Below, piece after piece: positions 1-8,490 of a stretch of 64,000 nucleotides of DNA. Numbering within the stretch: the stretch's first letter is position 1; each line of letters opens with the position of its first letter. The position numbers and the translations under genes are program-made. The notes beneath the pieces are model-generated. The model saw nothing but the letters and a program-made list of their open reading frames with translations, made no database searches and had not been told where the DNA came from. The stretch lies in contig CAVSFE010000002.1 in the NCBI GenBank assembly GCA_963727315.1, positions 215,560 through 279,559 on the forward strand, read 5' to 3'. This DNA comes from an uncultured Chloroflexia bacterium (GTDB lineage Bacteria > Chloroflexota > Dehalococcoidia > Dehalococcoidales > RBG-16-60-22).

Positions 1-82
1 GGCGGGCGTCGGCCGCCGCCAGAGAAAACGGCCACCGCCGCCGGAAAATCGACGAGAAAAGAGCCATCAAAGGAGAAACAAA

Positions 83-571
83 TTGCCAATATCAAAGTAT
101 AGCCAATATATCGTCTACGAACCCCCAAAACCGAAGCCGGGCGTGAGACCTCTCCCGCAACCCAAGCGCCTGGAGGAAGCGCGGGCTAAAGGCAACTACT
201 TTGACGGCACATGGTTGTTCGCCCTGGATAACAGAATTGCCGCGGGGGCTTTTTATACCAACTGCGTCTGGCTCTGGAAAAAGCACGGCGCCGAGCCCCT
301 CGATATCGAGATCGCCCACACCCATAACTTCGACGAGACGCTGGGGTTCGTGGGCACCGTGCCCGACAAACCGCATGAGCTGGGCGGAGAACTGGAGCTA
401 TGGCTGGAAGACGAGAAATTCACCATCACCAAAAGCTGCCTGGTCTATGTTCCGCGCGGTATGAAGCACCTGCCGCTGACCCTTAAAAGAATCGATTATC
501 CCATTTTCTTCTGGACGGCCGGCAACGGCACGGAGTACACGAGGACATCCGGCGACGAAGAATTCGTTTAA
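83..571 (+). CDS. Cupin-fold metalloprotein, function unknown (paralog 1 of 3 in window)
   Basis: 162-aa ORF with a TTG start 7 nt after AAGGAG. Cupin motif 1 is AHTHNFDETLGFVG (HxHxxxE-x6-G) and motif 2 is PRGMKH (PxGxxH). GC-rich third codon positions. Confidence 0.7.
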   Translation: MPISKYSQYIVYEPPKPKPGVRPLPQPKRLEEARAKGNYFDGTWLFALDNRIAAGAFYTNCVWLWKKHGAEPLDIEIAHTHNFDETLGFVGTVPDKPHELGGELELWLEDEKFTITKSCLVYVPRGMKHLPLTLKRIDYPIFFWTAGNGTEYTRTSGDEEFV

Positions 572-598
572 CAACAATCAATTAAAAAGGAGCGAGCC

Positions 599-1060
599 AT
601 GGCAGACAAAACGAAATATGGCAAGTACATTCTGAGGAACGCCTTCAAGAAACACCACCAGATGGAAGGCCTCTCCGCCAGCGGCGACGAGATGGACGCC
701 GACTGCATTTTAACGCACCATGTTTTCTCAAAGCCGGAATACGTGCTCAAGGAATCTCACTATCACGACGATTTCATGCAGATTCTCTGCTTCCTGGGGA
801 CGAACCCGAAAAACGTCCGCGACTTCGGAGGGGCGGTCATCGAGCTATGTCTGGGCAAGGAAGAGGAAAAGCATATCATCGACTCCCCGGTCATCGTCCC
901 CCTCCCCAAGGGACTGCCGCACGGACCGCTTTATTTCAAGAAGCTCCCCAAGCCCGTGATCTTCCTGGAGATAATGCTGACGCGGAAGTACCACAGCAAC
1001 CTGCCCCCTCCGGCGCGAGAAGCAGTTAAAGCTAAACCGGCAGTCAAAGCCAAGAAATAG
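599..1060 (+). CDS. Cupin-like protein with degenerate metal site (paralog 2), Lys/Ala-rich tail
   Basis: 153-aa ORF 27 nt after the previous gene, with AAGGAG upstream. It shares the KYxxY N-terminus, an HYHDD block and PKGLPH (PxGxxH) with the neighbouring ORF and with 28521-29018. The Glu of motif 1 is absent. Confidence 0.65.
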   Translation: MADKTKYGKYILRNAFKKHHQMEGLSASGDEMDADCILTHHVFSKPEYVLKESHYHDDFMQILCFLGTNPKNVRDFGGAVIELCLGKEEEKHIIDSPVIVPLPKGLPHGPLYFKKLPKPVIFLEIMLTRKYHSNLPPPAREAVKAKPAVKAKK

Positions 1061-1084
1061 CCTAGTGTTATTTGCTTTTTTATA

Positions 1085-1250
1085 CTCACCCCCTTACCCC
1101 CTCTCAAACAGACATATTTTACGTCCTCGTATTATCCCGTGTTTGAAAGGGGGTAAGTATATGAGAGGGGGCTTCGCCCCCTCTCTCCTTCACTCCCCTC
1201 TCCAGCCAGTAATGTCTATGGTTTCCACAATCGTTTCCGGCTGGAGAGGG
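1085..1250. repeat. Intergenic array of three palindromic hairpin modules (C, A, B)
   Basis: Module C: CTTACCCCCTCTCAAAC (1093-1109) pairs with GTTTGAAAGGGGGTAAG (1141-1157), one mismatch, 31-nt loop. Module A: GAGAGGGGGC/GCCCCCTCTC (1163-1185). Module B: CCCTCTCCAGCC (1196-1207) pairs with GGCTGGAGAGGG (1239-1250), 31-nt loop. The same modules recur at 8252-8483. Confidence 0.85.
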
Positions 1251-1406
1251 TAAACAATTATATATTTACAATCTTTCCCTTTGTCTCATGCCCTCCTGCC
1301 AAATTCATTAATAAGATATTTATCTTATCTCCCACCCCGTTTATGCCCCGTTTATCGTCCGGATGTTAGTCTATAACGTTACGGTGAATTACCGAAGGAG
1401 ACTAAC

Positions 1407-1823
1407 ATGTTAGCGAAAACGAAGGTACTGGCTGTCAGCCGCGACCCCTTGCTCGTTAATTTCCTGCAACAGGAACTCGAACAGGGCGAGTATGAGGTGG
1501 TCCACACCCAGCAAAGCGGCGTCCAGCTCAAAGAGGTCCTCGATGCCGAGCGCCCGGGGTTTATCATCCTCGATATCGTGATGCCCTCGCTCGACGGCAT
1601 CAGCCTGTGCCTGCAGCTCAGGCAGTGGACAAGGACCCCCGTCATGATGCTCAGCACCTGGGGCACGGGCCACGGCACAGTGCGGGGACTCAACCTGAGC
1701 GCGGACAACTATCTCACCAAGCCTTTCGGCGGCGATGTTCTGAAAAAGCGGATTAAAGACACCCTGAGGCAGAATGGCCTGGCCGAGCTTGTGCGCCTGC
1801 CCTCGCTGGTGAAAACTAAATAG
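1407..1823 (+). CDS. Single-domain response regulator (CheY-like receiver)
   Basis: 138 aa with GGAG upstream. Receiver signatures are FIILDIVMP (phospho-Asp), MMLS (Thr/Ser87 position) and YLTKPF (Lys109 position). The N-terminal acidic pair is reduced to SRD. There is no output domain and no kinase nearby. Confidence 0.75.
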   Translation: MLAKTKVLAVSRDPLLVNFLQQELEQGEYEVVHTQQSGVQLKEVLDAERPGFIILDIVMPSLDGISLCLQLRQWTRTPVMMLSTWGTGHGTVRGLNLSADNYLTKPFGGDVLKKRIKDTLRQNGLAELVRLPSLVKTK

Positions 1824-1863
1824 CCAAACGACCCCGAAAGACCAACCGGGAGGTAAAAACAGA

Positions 1864-2088
1864 TTGATTATCCTGTGGGTAAGCAAGAGAAAAGCCGAAG
1901 ACGGAAAAGGCCCGTCCAGGGACGACCGGGAGTCCTTCCAGAAACACGATGAAATTATGAAGAAGTTCCGCATCGCCCACCCGGAACGCGAGGTGAAAAT
2001 CGTTAGCCCGAAGGACCTCATTGACACCGGCGGCAACCTGCTGGCGCCGGTCGACGGGGTGAAACTGGGGAACAACCGGCAAAACTAG
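1864..2088 (+). CDS. Hypothetical small protein (74 aa)
   Basis: TTG start 10 nt after GGGAGG, GC-rich third positions throughout, followed by a terminator-like hairpin. I recognise no motif. Confidence 0.4.
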   Translation: MIILWVSKRKAEDGKGPSRDDRESFQKHDEIMKKFRIAHPEREVKIVSPKDLIDTGGNLLAPVDGVKLGNNRQN

Positions 2089-2122
2089 GACAACAACATC
2101 CGGTCAGGCCAATCGAAGCTCT

Positions 2123-2150
2123 CCTTCCCATCGAGGGAGGGCTTTCTTTT
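2123..2150 (+). terminator. Putative intrinsic terminator
   Basis: CCTTCCC (2123-2129) pairs with GGGAGGG (2135-2141) including one G-U, 5-nt loop, then CTTTCTTTT. Confidence 0.5.
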
Positions 2151-2226
2151 ATAGCTGAGTTGTGACTGTGACAGCTTCGGTTCTCTTGCCACGATACGTC
2201 TCCTGATGTTAAAATGATTATATTCC

Positions 2227-2302
2227 GGGCCGTTAGCTCAACTGGTAGAGCAGATGACTCTTAATCATCAGGTTGGAGGTTCGAGTCCTCCACGGCTCAC
2301 CA
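2227..2302 (+). tRNA. tRNA-Lys (anticodon CTT)
   Basis: 76-nt cloverleaf. Acceptor GGGCCGT/ACGGCTC (one G-U), D arm GCTC-AACTGGTA-GAGC, anticodon stem GATGA/TCATC with loop CTCTTAA, T arm GGAGG-TTCGAGT-CCTCC, encoded CCA. Confidence 0.95.
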
Positions 2303-2378
2303 TTCCGACCATCCATTGACTATAAAGAAGCAAATAGTCAGGTTTATACCGGCATAAAAAACAACCGGGGACTTTTTT

Positions 2379-4499
2379 ATGACATATACCAAAATCCCGG
2401 AACGCATCAGCCGGCTCGACGAGCTGGCCAACAGCCTCTGGTGGAGCTGGCACATGGTCGGGAGGACCGTCTTCAGGACGCTGGACTATATGCTATGGCA
2501 CCAGAGCGGGCACAATCCAGTCCAGCAGCTCTACCAAATCAGCCGGGAAAAGCTCGAGGCCGCCGCCGCCGACCCCGCCTTCCTCTCTTTATATGACACC
2601 GCCATTGCCGCCTTTGACAGCGAGAAAAAAGACGGCAACTCCTGGTACAATCTCAACCACGCCGGCGCTTTCACGGGGCCCATCGCCTACTTTTCCATGG
2701 AATTCGCCATTCACAACTCGCTGCCCATCTATGCCGGCGGCCTGGGGGTGCTGGCCGGCGATATCTGTAAAGAGGCCAGCGACCTGGGGATACCGCTGGT
2801 GGCGGTGGGTTTCATGTACCCGCAGGGATATTTCCGGCAGCGTATCTCCGCGGACGGCTGGCAGGAAGAGGAATACCAGCAGCTGGACTTCAGCAAGGCC
2901 CCGGTGCGCCCCATCCTGTCCGCCACCGGCCAGAAATGCCTGGCCGAGGTCAATCTGAAAAATCATACGCTGCACATCGGGGCGTGGCTGGTCAACCTGG
3001 GTCGAGTAAACCTGTATCTCCTCGATACCGGCCTGGACGAAAACGACACCCAGGACCGGCAGCTGTCGAGTCGACTCTACACCGGCGACCGCGAACACCG
3101 CCTGCAGCAGGAAATCCTGCTGGGCATCGGCGGCGTGCGCGTCCTGCGGACGCTGGGCATCCAGCCCTCCGTCTGGCACGCCAACGAAGGCCATACCGGC
3201 TTTATGATGCTGGAACGCATTAGAGAGGAAACGGTTAAAGGCAAGCCCTTCGACCAGGCACTCGAGAGCGTGCAAACGAGCTCCGTATTCACCACCCATA
3301 CGCCGGTCCCGGCCGGCCACGACGTTTTCACCAACGAACTTATTTCTCCGTACTTTGAGAACTACTGGCCGTCCCTGGGTATCAACCGGCAGGACTTCCT
3401 CGATTTAGGGCGGAAGAGCCGCAGCACCGACGGCAATTTCAACATGACCGTCCTCTCGCTAAAGACCTCCGGCCACCGCAACGGCGTCAGCCGGCTCCAC
3501 GGCATCGTGACGCGACGCATGTGGTGCGGACTATGGATGGACTGCCCCGAGGACGAGGTGCCCATCACCTACGTGACGAACGGCGTGCACCTGCCGACCT
3601 GGGTCTCCCTGGAGAACCGCCAGCTCTATGAAAAATACCTCGGCAGCGACCTCATGGAAAGGCAGGACGACGTCGAGCTCTGGAAGCACATCGCCGATAT
3701 CCCGGACGAGGAACTCTGGCAAACGCACCTGATATTGAAGAGAAAGCTGTTCCACGTTATCCTGGAACGGGCGCAGCTGCGCTGGGCCAGGGGCGAGGCC
3801 TCGCCGCAGCAAATCCTGGCCATGGGCGCTTTGCTTGACTCCGATACTTTAACGATAGGTTTCGTCCGGCGTTTTACGGAATACAAGCGACCGTCGCTCC
3901 TGTTCCGGGACATCGAACGGCTGATAAAGATAGTCAACGACCCGTTCCGGCCCGTCCAGATAATCTTCGCCGGCAAGTCGCATCCCGCGGACACCGCCTC
4001 GAAAATACTCCTCCAGCGCGTGCACACCATGGCCAAGGACCGCATCTTCCAGGGGAGGATAGCCTTCCTCGAAGACTATGACATACGCCTGGCCAGGTAC
4101 CTGGTGCAGGGGGTGGACGTCTGGCTGAATACGCCGCGCCGCCTGCAGGAGGCCTCCGGCACCAGCGGGATGAAAGCCGCCATGAACGGCGTGCTCCACC
4201 TGAGCGTGCCGGACGGCTGGTGGCACGAAGGCTTTAACGGCGATAACGGCTGGGTCATCGGCGACGACACGATCAAAATAAGCACGGAGGCCGAGGACAG
4301 GTCCGATGCCGAGTCGCTTTACACCCTGCTCGAGGAAAAGGTCGTGCCCCTTTATTACCAACTCGACCGGAGCGGCACGCCGCGGGGCTGGATTGACATG
4401 GTAAAAAAATCGATAAGCTCAATAGCGCCGGTGTTCTCGGCGCGGCGGATGCTCAAAGAATACTGCGAGAAAATGTACCTGCCGGCCGCGAAATCCTGA
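2379..4499 (+). CDS. glgP: Alpha-glucan phosphorylase (GT35, DUF3417-type N-terminus)
   Basis: 706 aa. N-terminal LANSLWWSW block, GGLGVLAGD, and the PLP-lysine region EASGTSGMKAAMNG. Confidence 0.9.
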   Translation: MTYTKIPERISRLDELANSLWWSWHMVGRTVFRTLDYMLWHQSGHNPVQQLYQISREKLEAAAADPAFLSLYDTAIAAFDSEKKDGNSWYNLNHAGAFTGPIAYFSMEFAIHNSLPIYAGGLGVLAGDICKEASDLGIPLVAVGFMYPQGYFRQRISADGWQEEEYQQLDFSKAPVRPILSATGQKCLAEVNLKNHTLHIGAWLVNLGRVNLYLLDTGLDENDTQDRQLSSRLYTGDREHRLQQEILLGIGGVRVLRTLGIQPSVWHANEGHTGFMMLERIREETVKGKPFDQALESVQTSSVFTTHTPVPAGHDVFTNELISPYFENYWPSLGINRQDFLDLGRKSRSTDGNFNMTVLSLKTSGHRNGVSRLHGIVTRRMWCGLWMDCPEDEVPITYVTNGVHLPTWVSLENRQLYEKYLGSDLMERQDDVELWKHIADIPDEELWQTHLILKRKLFHVILERAQLRWARGEASPQQILAMGALLDSDTLTIGFVRRFTEYKRPSLLFRDIERLIKIVNDPFRPVQIIFAGKSHPADTASKILLQRVHTMAKDRIFQGRIAFLEDYDIRLARYLVQGVDVWLNTPRRLQEASGTSGMKAAMNGVLHLSVPDGWWHEGFNGDNGWVIGDDTIKISTEAEDRSDAESLYTLLEEKVVPLYYQLDRSGTPRGWIDMVKKSISSIAPVFSARRMLKEYCEKMYLPAAKS

Positions 4500-4528
4500 C
4501 ATCGATACTAGAGGATGGGATACAGTCC

Positions 4529-6307
4529 ATGGAACTGAGCGAGGGCCGCTACCGCATCGTCATCGAGGGCGTCAGCCCGGAGGTCGACGGCGGCCGTTTC
4601 CCGGCCAAGAGCGTCGCCGGCGATACGGTGGATGTCGAGGCGGACATCTACGCCGACGGGCACGATGCCATCTCGGCGCACCTGCTTTATCGCTACCAGG
4701 ATGAGACCGGCTGGACCGAGACGCCGATGCGCCACCTCGGCAACGACCGCTGGCGCGGCTCATTCACCGCCGCCAAAACAGGCGAATATATATTCACAAT
4801 AAAGGCATGGGTTGATGACCAACGCTACGTTATCACATATCCGCGTGAGCTCATAGTTAACGTCGACCGGGAAAAAGCCGGATGCAGCGCCTGGTACGAG
4901 ATGTTCCCCCGCTCCGCCTCCCCCGTACCCGGTCGGCACGGCACTTTCAAAGACTGCGAGGTACGCCTGCCCTATATCGCCGAAATGGGTTTCGACGTTC
5001 TCTATCTACCTCCCATTCACCCCATCGGAAAGACCGGACGCAAAGGAAAAAACAACACCCTAAACGCCGGACCGGAAGACCCCGGGACGCCCTGGGCCAT
5101 CGGCTCGGAGGAAGGCGGGCATAAAGCCATCAACCCCCGGCTGGGCACGCTGGAGGACTTCAAGCGCCTGCTGGTTAAAGCTAAAAAATATAATATCGAG
5201 GTCGCCCTGGACATCGCCTTCCAGTGCTCGCCGGACCATCCTTACGTTAAAGAGCACCCCGAGTGGTTCCTGCGGCGGCCCGACGGCTCCATCCAGTACG
5301 CCGAAAACCCACCCAAGAAATACCAGGACATTTACCCTCTTAACTTCGATACGGAGGACTGGAAAGGGCTCCGGGAGGAACTCAAGGGCATCGTCCTTTA
5401 CTGGGCTAAAAACGGCGTCCGCATCTTCCGCGTGGACAACCCGCATACCAAGCCCTTCGCGTTCTGGGAGTGGCTCATCGCCGAGGTGAAAAAACCGTAC
5501 CCGGATACCCTGTTCCTCTCTGAGGCGTTTACCCGACCCAAAATCATGTACCACCTGGCCAAGCTGGGATTTACGCAGTCGTATACCTATTTCACGTGGC
5601 GCAATAATAAAAAAGACATTACTGAATACCTTACCGAGCTGACGCGAACGCCGGTCAAGGACTTCTTCCGGCCCAACTTCTGGCCCAACACGCCGGACAT
5701 CCTCCACGAGTACTTGCAGACCGGCGGCCGGGCGGCTTTCATGGCACGCCTTGTCCTGGCGGCGACGCTGAGCTCCAACTACGGCATCTACGGGCCCGCC
5801 TTCGAGCTCATGGAGAACAGGCCGCGGGAGCCGGGCAGCGAGGAATATTTAAACTCGGAAAAGTATGAAATTAAACACTGGGATATCGACCGGCCCGATA
5901 GCCTCAAAGATTTCATCGGCCGCATTAACCGCATCCGCCGCGAGAACGCCGCCCTCCGGCGCAATCGCAACCTCTGGTTTAACACCACTAGCAACGACCA
6001 GCTGATATGCTACAGCAAACACACCGACGACCTTTCCAATATTATATTAACGGTCGTTAACCTCGACCCCCACGCCATGCAATCGGGCACGGTCAACGTG
6101 CCGCTGAAATCATGGGGCTTCGACACGGAAAAACCGTTCGAGGTACATGACCTCCTGAGCGATAAAAGCTATACCTGGGGCGGCGAATGGAACTACGTCG
6201 AGCTTAACCCTACCGTCTGCCCCGCCCATGTCTTTCGCCTCCTCGACCTCACGCACGCCGAAGAAAAAATCGTGGAGAGTGCCGTCGATGTCCCCGCGCA
6301 AGAGTGA
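4529..6307 (+). CDS. glgE: Alpha-1,4-glucan:maltose-1-phosphate maltosyltransferase
   Basis: 592 aa. GlgE-type N-terminus ([24 protein letters not shown]), [10 protein letters not shown]13 catalytic blocks ([22 protein letters not shown]). Somewhat shorter than the GlgE enzymes I recall. Confidence 0.85.
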   Translation: MELSEGRYRIVIEGVSPEVDGGRFPAKSVAGDTVDVEADIYADGHDAISAHLLYRYQDETGWTETPMRHLGNDRWRGSFTAAKTGEYIFTIKAWVDDQRYVITYPRELIVNVDREKAGCSAWYEMFPRSASPVPGRHGTFKDCEVRLPYIAEMGFDVLYLPPIHPIGKTGRKGKNNTLNAGPEDPGTPWAIGSEEGGHKAINPRLGTLEDFKRLLVKAKKYNIEVALDIAFQCSPDHPYVKEHPEWFLRRPDGSIQYAENPPKKYQDIYPLNFDTEDWKGLREELKGIVLYWAKNGVRIFRVDNPHTKPFAFWEWLIAEVKKPYPDTLFLSEAFTRPKIMYHLAKLGFTQSYTYFTWRNNKKDITEYLTELTRTPVKDFFRPNFWPNTPDILHEYLQTGGRAAFMARLVLAATLSSNYGIYGPAFELMENRPREPGSEEYLNSEKYEIKHWDIDRPDSLKDFIGRINRIRRENAALRRNRNLWFNTTSNDQLICYSKHTDDLSNIILTVVNLDPHAMQSGTVNVPLKSWGFDTEKPFEVHDLLSDKSYTWGGEWNYVELNPTVCPAHVFRLLDLTHAEEKIVESAVDVPAQE

Positions 6308-8240
6308 AAGACCGCCGGCAAACGTAGACTATAGCGTCTCCCTGCTCTCCGACATCGACCTCTATCTATTTAACGAAGGCAACCACCATCAACTTTATGA
6401 CAAGCTGGGCGCGCACACGCTCAAAGCCAACGGCGCCGCCGGGACGTATTTCGCCGTATGGGCCCCTAACGCCCGCGAGGTGTTCGTCACCGGCGATTTC
6501 AACGGCTGGGACCGGACCAGCCACCGTCTCCAGTCCAGGGAGAATTCCGGCATCCGGGAAGGTTTCATCCGTGGCATCGGCGCCGGCAGCGTCTATAAAT
6601 ACTACATCGTTTCCCAGTATAACAACTATACGGTCGAGAAAGCCGACCCTTTGGCTTTCTTCGGCGAGGTTCCCCCGAAAACCGGCTCGATAGTGCGCGA
6701 CCTCGCCTATACCTGGGGCGACAAAACGTGGATGCAGGAGCGCCGCGGACGTAATAAGCTCGACGCGCCGGTTTCCATCTATGAGGTCCATCCCGGCTCG
6801 TGGCGGCGCGTCCCCGAGGAAGGCAACCGCTGGCTGACCTATCGTGAGATGGCCCCGCTGCTTGCGGATTATGTCAACAAAATGGGCTTCACACACATCG
6901 AGCTCCTGCCGGTCATGGAGCACCCTTTCTACGGCTCCTGGGGATACCAGACCACCGGGTACTTCGCCCCTACCGCCCGCTACGGGACGCCGCAGGACTT
7001 CATGTACCTGATAGATTATTTGCACCAGCATAATATCGGCGTCATTCTGGACTGGGTGCCCTCCCACTTTCCCAATGACCAGCACGCGCTAGGTTTTTTC
7101 GACGGCACCCACCTCTACGAACACCAGGACCCCATCCAGGGCATTCACCCCGATTGGAACACCTATATCTTTAACTACGGGCGCAACGAGGTGAGGAGCT
7201 TTTTAAAGAGCAGCGCCCTTTTCTGGCTGGACAAATACCACGCCGACGGACTGCGGGTCGACGCCGTGGCTTCCATGCTCTACCTGGACTACGGCCGGAA
7301 AGACGGCGAGTGGCTGTCCAATAAAAACGGGGGACGGGAAAACCTTGAGGCGATTGATTTCCTCAAGCAGTTCAATGAGACAGTATATGAAGAAAAGCCC
7401 GATATCCAGACAGTCGCCGAGGAATCGACTGCGTGGCCGATGGTGTCGCGTCCAACGTATAGCGGCGGCCTTGGGTTCGGTCTGAAATGGGACATGGGCT
7501 GGATGCACGATACCCTGGTCTATATAACGCGCGACCCCATTCACCGCAGCTTTCACCAGAACGACCTCACCTTCCGCATGGTCTACGCCTTTACCGAGAA
7601 TTTCATCCTGCCGCTCTCCCATGACGAGGTCGTTTACGGTAAGGCCTCGCTGCTTTCCAAGATGCCGGGGGACGACTGGCAGAAGTTTGCCAACCTGCGG
7701 CTGCTCCTCGGCTACATGTACGCCCAGCCCGGGAAAAAGCTCTTATTCATGGGCGGGGAGTTCGGGCAGCGGCGGGAATGGTCCCATGAAGAAAGCCTGG
7801 AATGGCATTTGCTCCAATACCCACCGCATCAAGGCCTGCAGCAGTGGGTAACCGACCTTAATCTATGCTACCGGGAACAGCCGTCCCTCTATCAGTTAGA
7901 TTTCGACCCCGCGGGTTTTGAATGGATCGATACCAGCGACTTCCAGCACAGCATTTTAAGCTTCATCCGCAAGGGGCACGCGCCGGAGGAAATGATAGTC
8001 GTGGTGCTGAACTTTACGTCCGAGACGCATTTCAACTACGACATCGGCGTGCCCATGGCGGGAGAGTGGACGGAAATTCTGAACAGCGACGCGACGAAAT
8101 ACGGCGGCAGCGGGAAAGGCAATCCCGACCCGTTAAAAGCGTCGAACGCGGGTAAGCACGGCCGGCCTTTTTCCCTGAGTCTCACGATACCGCCTCTGGC
8201 GGCGATTTTCTTGAAATGCTTAAAGCCTGCCTCTCGATAA
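6288..8240 (+). CDS. glgB: 1,4-alpha-glucan branching enzyme (GH13_9)
   Basis: The ORF is open from 6228. The ATG at 6288 overlaps the glgE stop by 20 nt and precedes the conserved [17 protein letters not shown]. Other blocks: [34 protein letters not shown]. Confidence 0.9.
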   Translation: MSPRKSERPPANVDYSVSLLSDIDLYLFNEGNHHQLYDKLGAHTLKANGAAGTYFAVWAPNAREVFVTGDFNGWDRTSHRLQSRENSGIREGFIRGIGAGSVYKYYIVSQYNNYTVEKADPLAFFGEVPPKTGSIVRDLAYTWGDKTWMQERRGRNKLDAPVSIYEVHPGSWRRVPEEGNRWLTYREMAPLLADYVNKMGFTHIELLPVMEHPFYGSWGYQTTGYFAPTARYGTPQDFMYLIDYLHQHNIGVILDWVPSHFPNDQHALGFFDGTHLYEHQDPIQGIHPDWNTYIFNYGRNEVRSFLKSSALFWLDKYHADGLRVDAVASMLYLDYGRKDGEWLSNKNGGRENLEAIDFLKQFNETVYEEKPDIQTVAEESTAWPMVSRPTYSGGLGFGLKWDMGWMHDTLVYITRDPIHRSFHQNDLTFRMVYAFTENFILPLSHDEVVYGKASLLSKMPGDDWQKFANLRLLLGYMYAQPGKKLLFMGGEFGQRREWSHEESLEWHLLQYPPHQGLQQWVTDLNLCYREQPSLYQLDFDPAGFEWIDTSDFQHSILSFIRKGHAPEEMIVVVLNFTSETHFNYDIGVPMAGEWTEILNSDATKYGGSGKGNPDPLKASNAGKHGRPFSLSLTIPPLAAIFLKCLKPASR

Positions 8241-8251
8241 CCTAAACTAAC

Positions 8252-8483
8252 CTCACCCCTTACCCCTCTCCAGCCAATAGTATTGTTTAAATCGATTTTT
8301 CCTCTGGCTGGAGAGGGGAGTATAGGAGAGAGGGGGCTTCGCCCCCTCTCGTTAGCGCACTCCCTTTTAAAAATGGGGCGTTAAGAGGGGTCTCGGCCCC
8401 TCTTTTTTTATTCCCCCTCTCAAATCAGGGATAAAGCGAGAACGAAAAATGTAATCCTTTGAGAGGGGGATAAAGGGGGTGAG
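8252..8483. repeat. Intergenic array of palindromic hairpin modules (B, A, A-prime, C) bracketed by an outer inverted repeat
   Basis: Outer CTCACCCC (8252-8259) pairs with GGGGTGAG (8476-8483). Module B: 8263-8275 pairs with 8306-8318, 30-nt loop. Module A: 8328-8350, the 23-mer identical to 1163-1185. Module A-prime: AAGAGGGG/CCCCTCTT at 8383-8404, followed by a T-run. Module C: CCCCCTCTCAAA (8413-8424) pairs with TTTGAGAGGGGG (8458-8469). Confidence 0.85.
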
Positions 8484-8490
8484 CAAAGAC

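Noticed and set aside
1065-1253. 62-aa ORF in the first intergenic region.
   Set aside because: It is a read-through translation of the palindromic hairpin array (…PPYPLSN…GGFAPSLLHSPLQP…), not a gene.
1410-2075. Long ORFs antisense to, or out of frame with, recognisable genes. Examples: 1410-2075(-), 2589-3320(-), 9274-10395(+), 13944-14651(-), 15392-15982(-), 16136-16921(-), 19637-20608(+), 20343-21497(-), 22734-23654(-), 27011-28183(+), 31310-32014(-), 34090-34875(-), 45381-46634(-), 50797-51750(+), 56375-57280(-).
   Set aside because: These are typical high-GC shadow ORFs. Their products are Arg/Ala/Gly/Pro-rich and low in complexity with no motifs. Each overlaps a gene with clear family signatures on the other strand or in another frame.
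2227-2400. Integrated prophage or integrative element next to tRNA-Lys or tRNA-Val.
   Set aside because: There is no integrase, excisionase, transposase or phage structural gene anywhere in the window, and I found no direct repeat of either tRNA 3-prime end.
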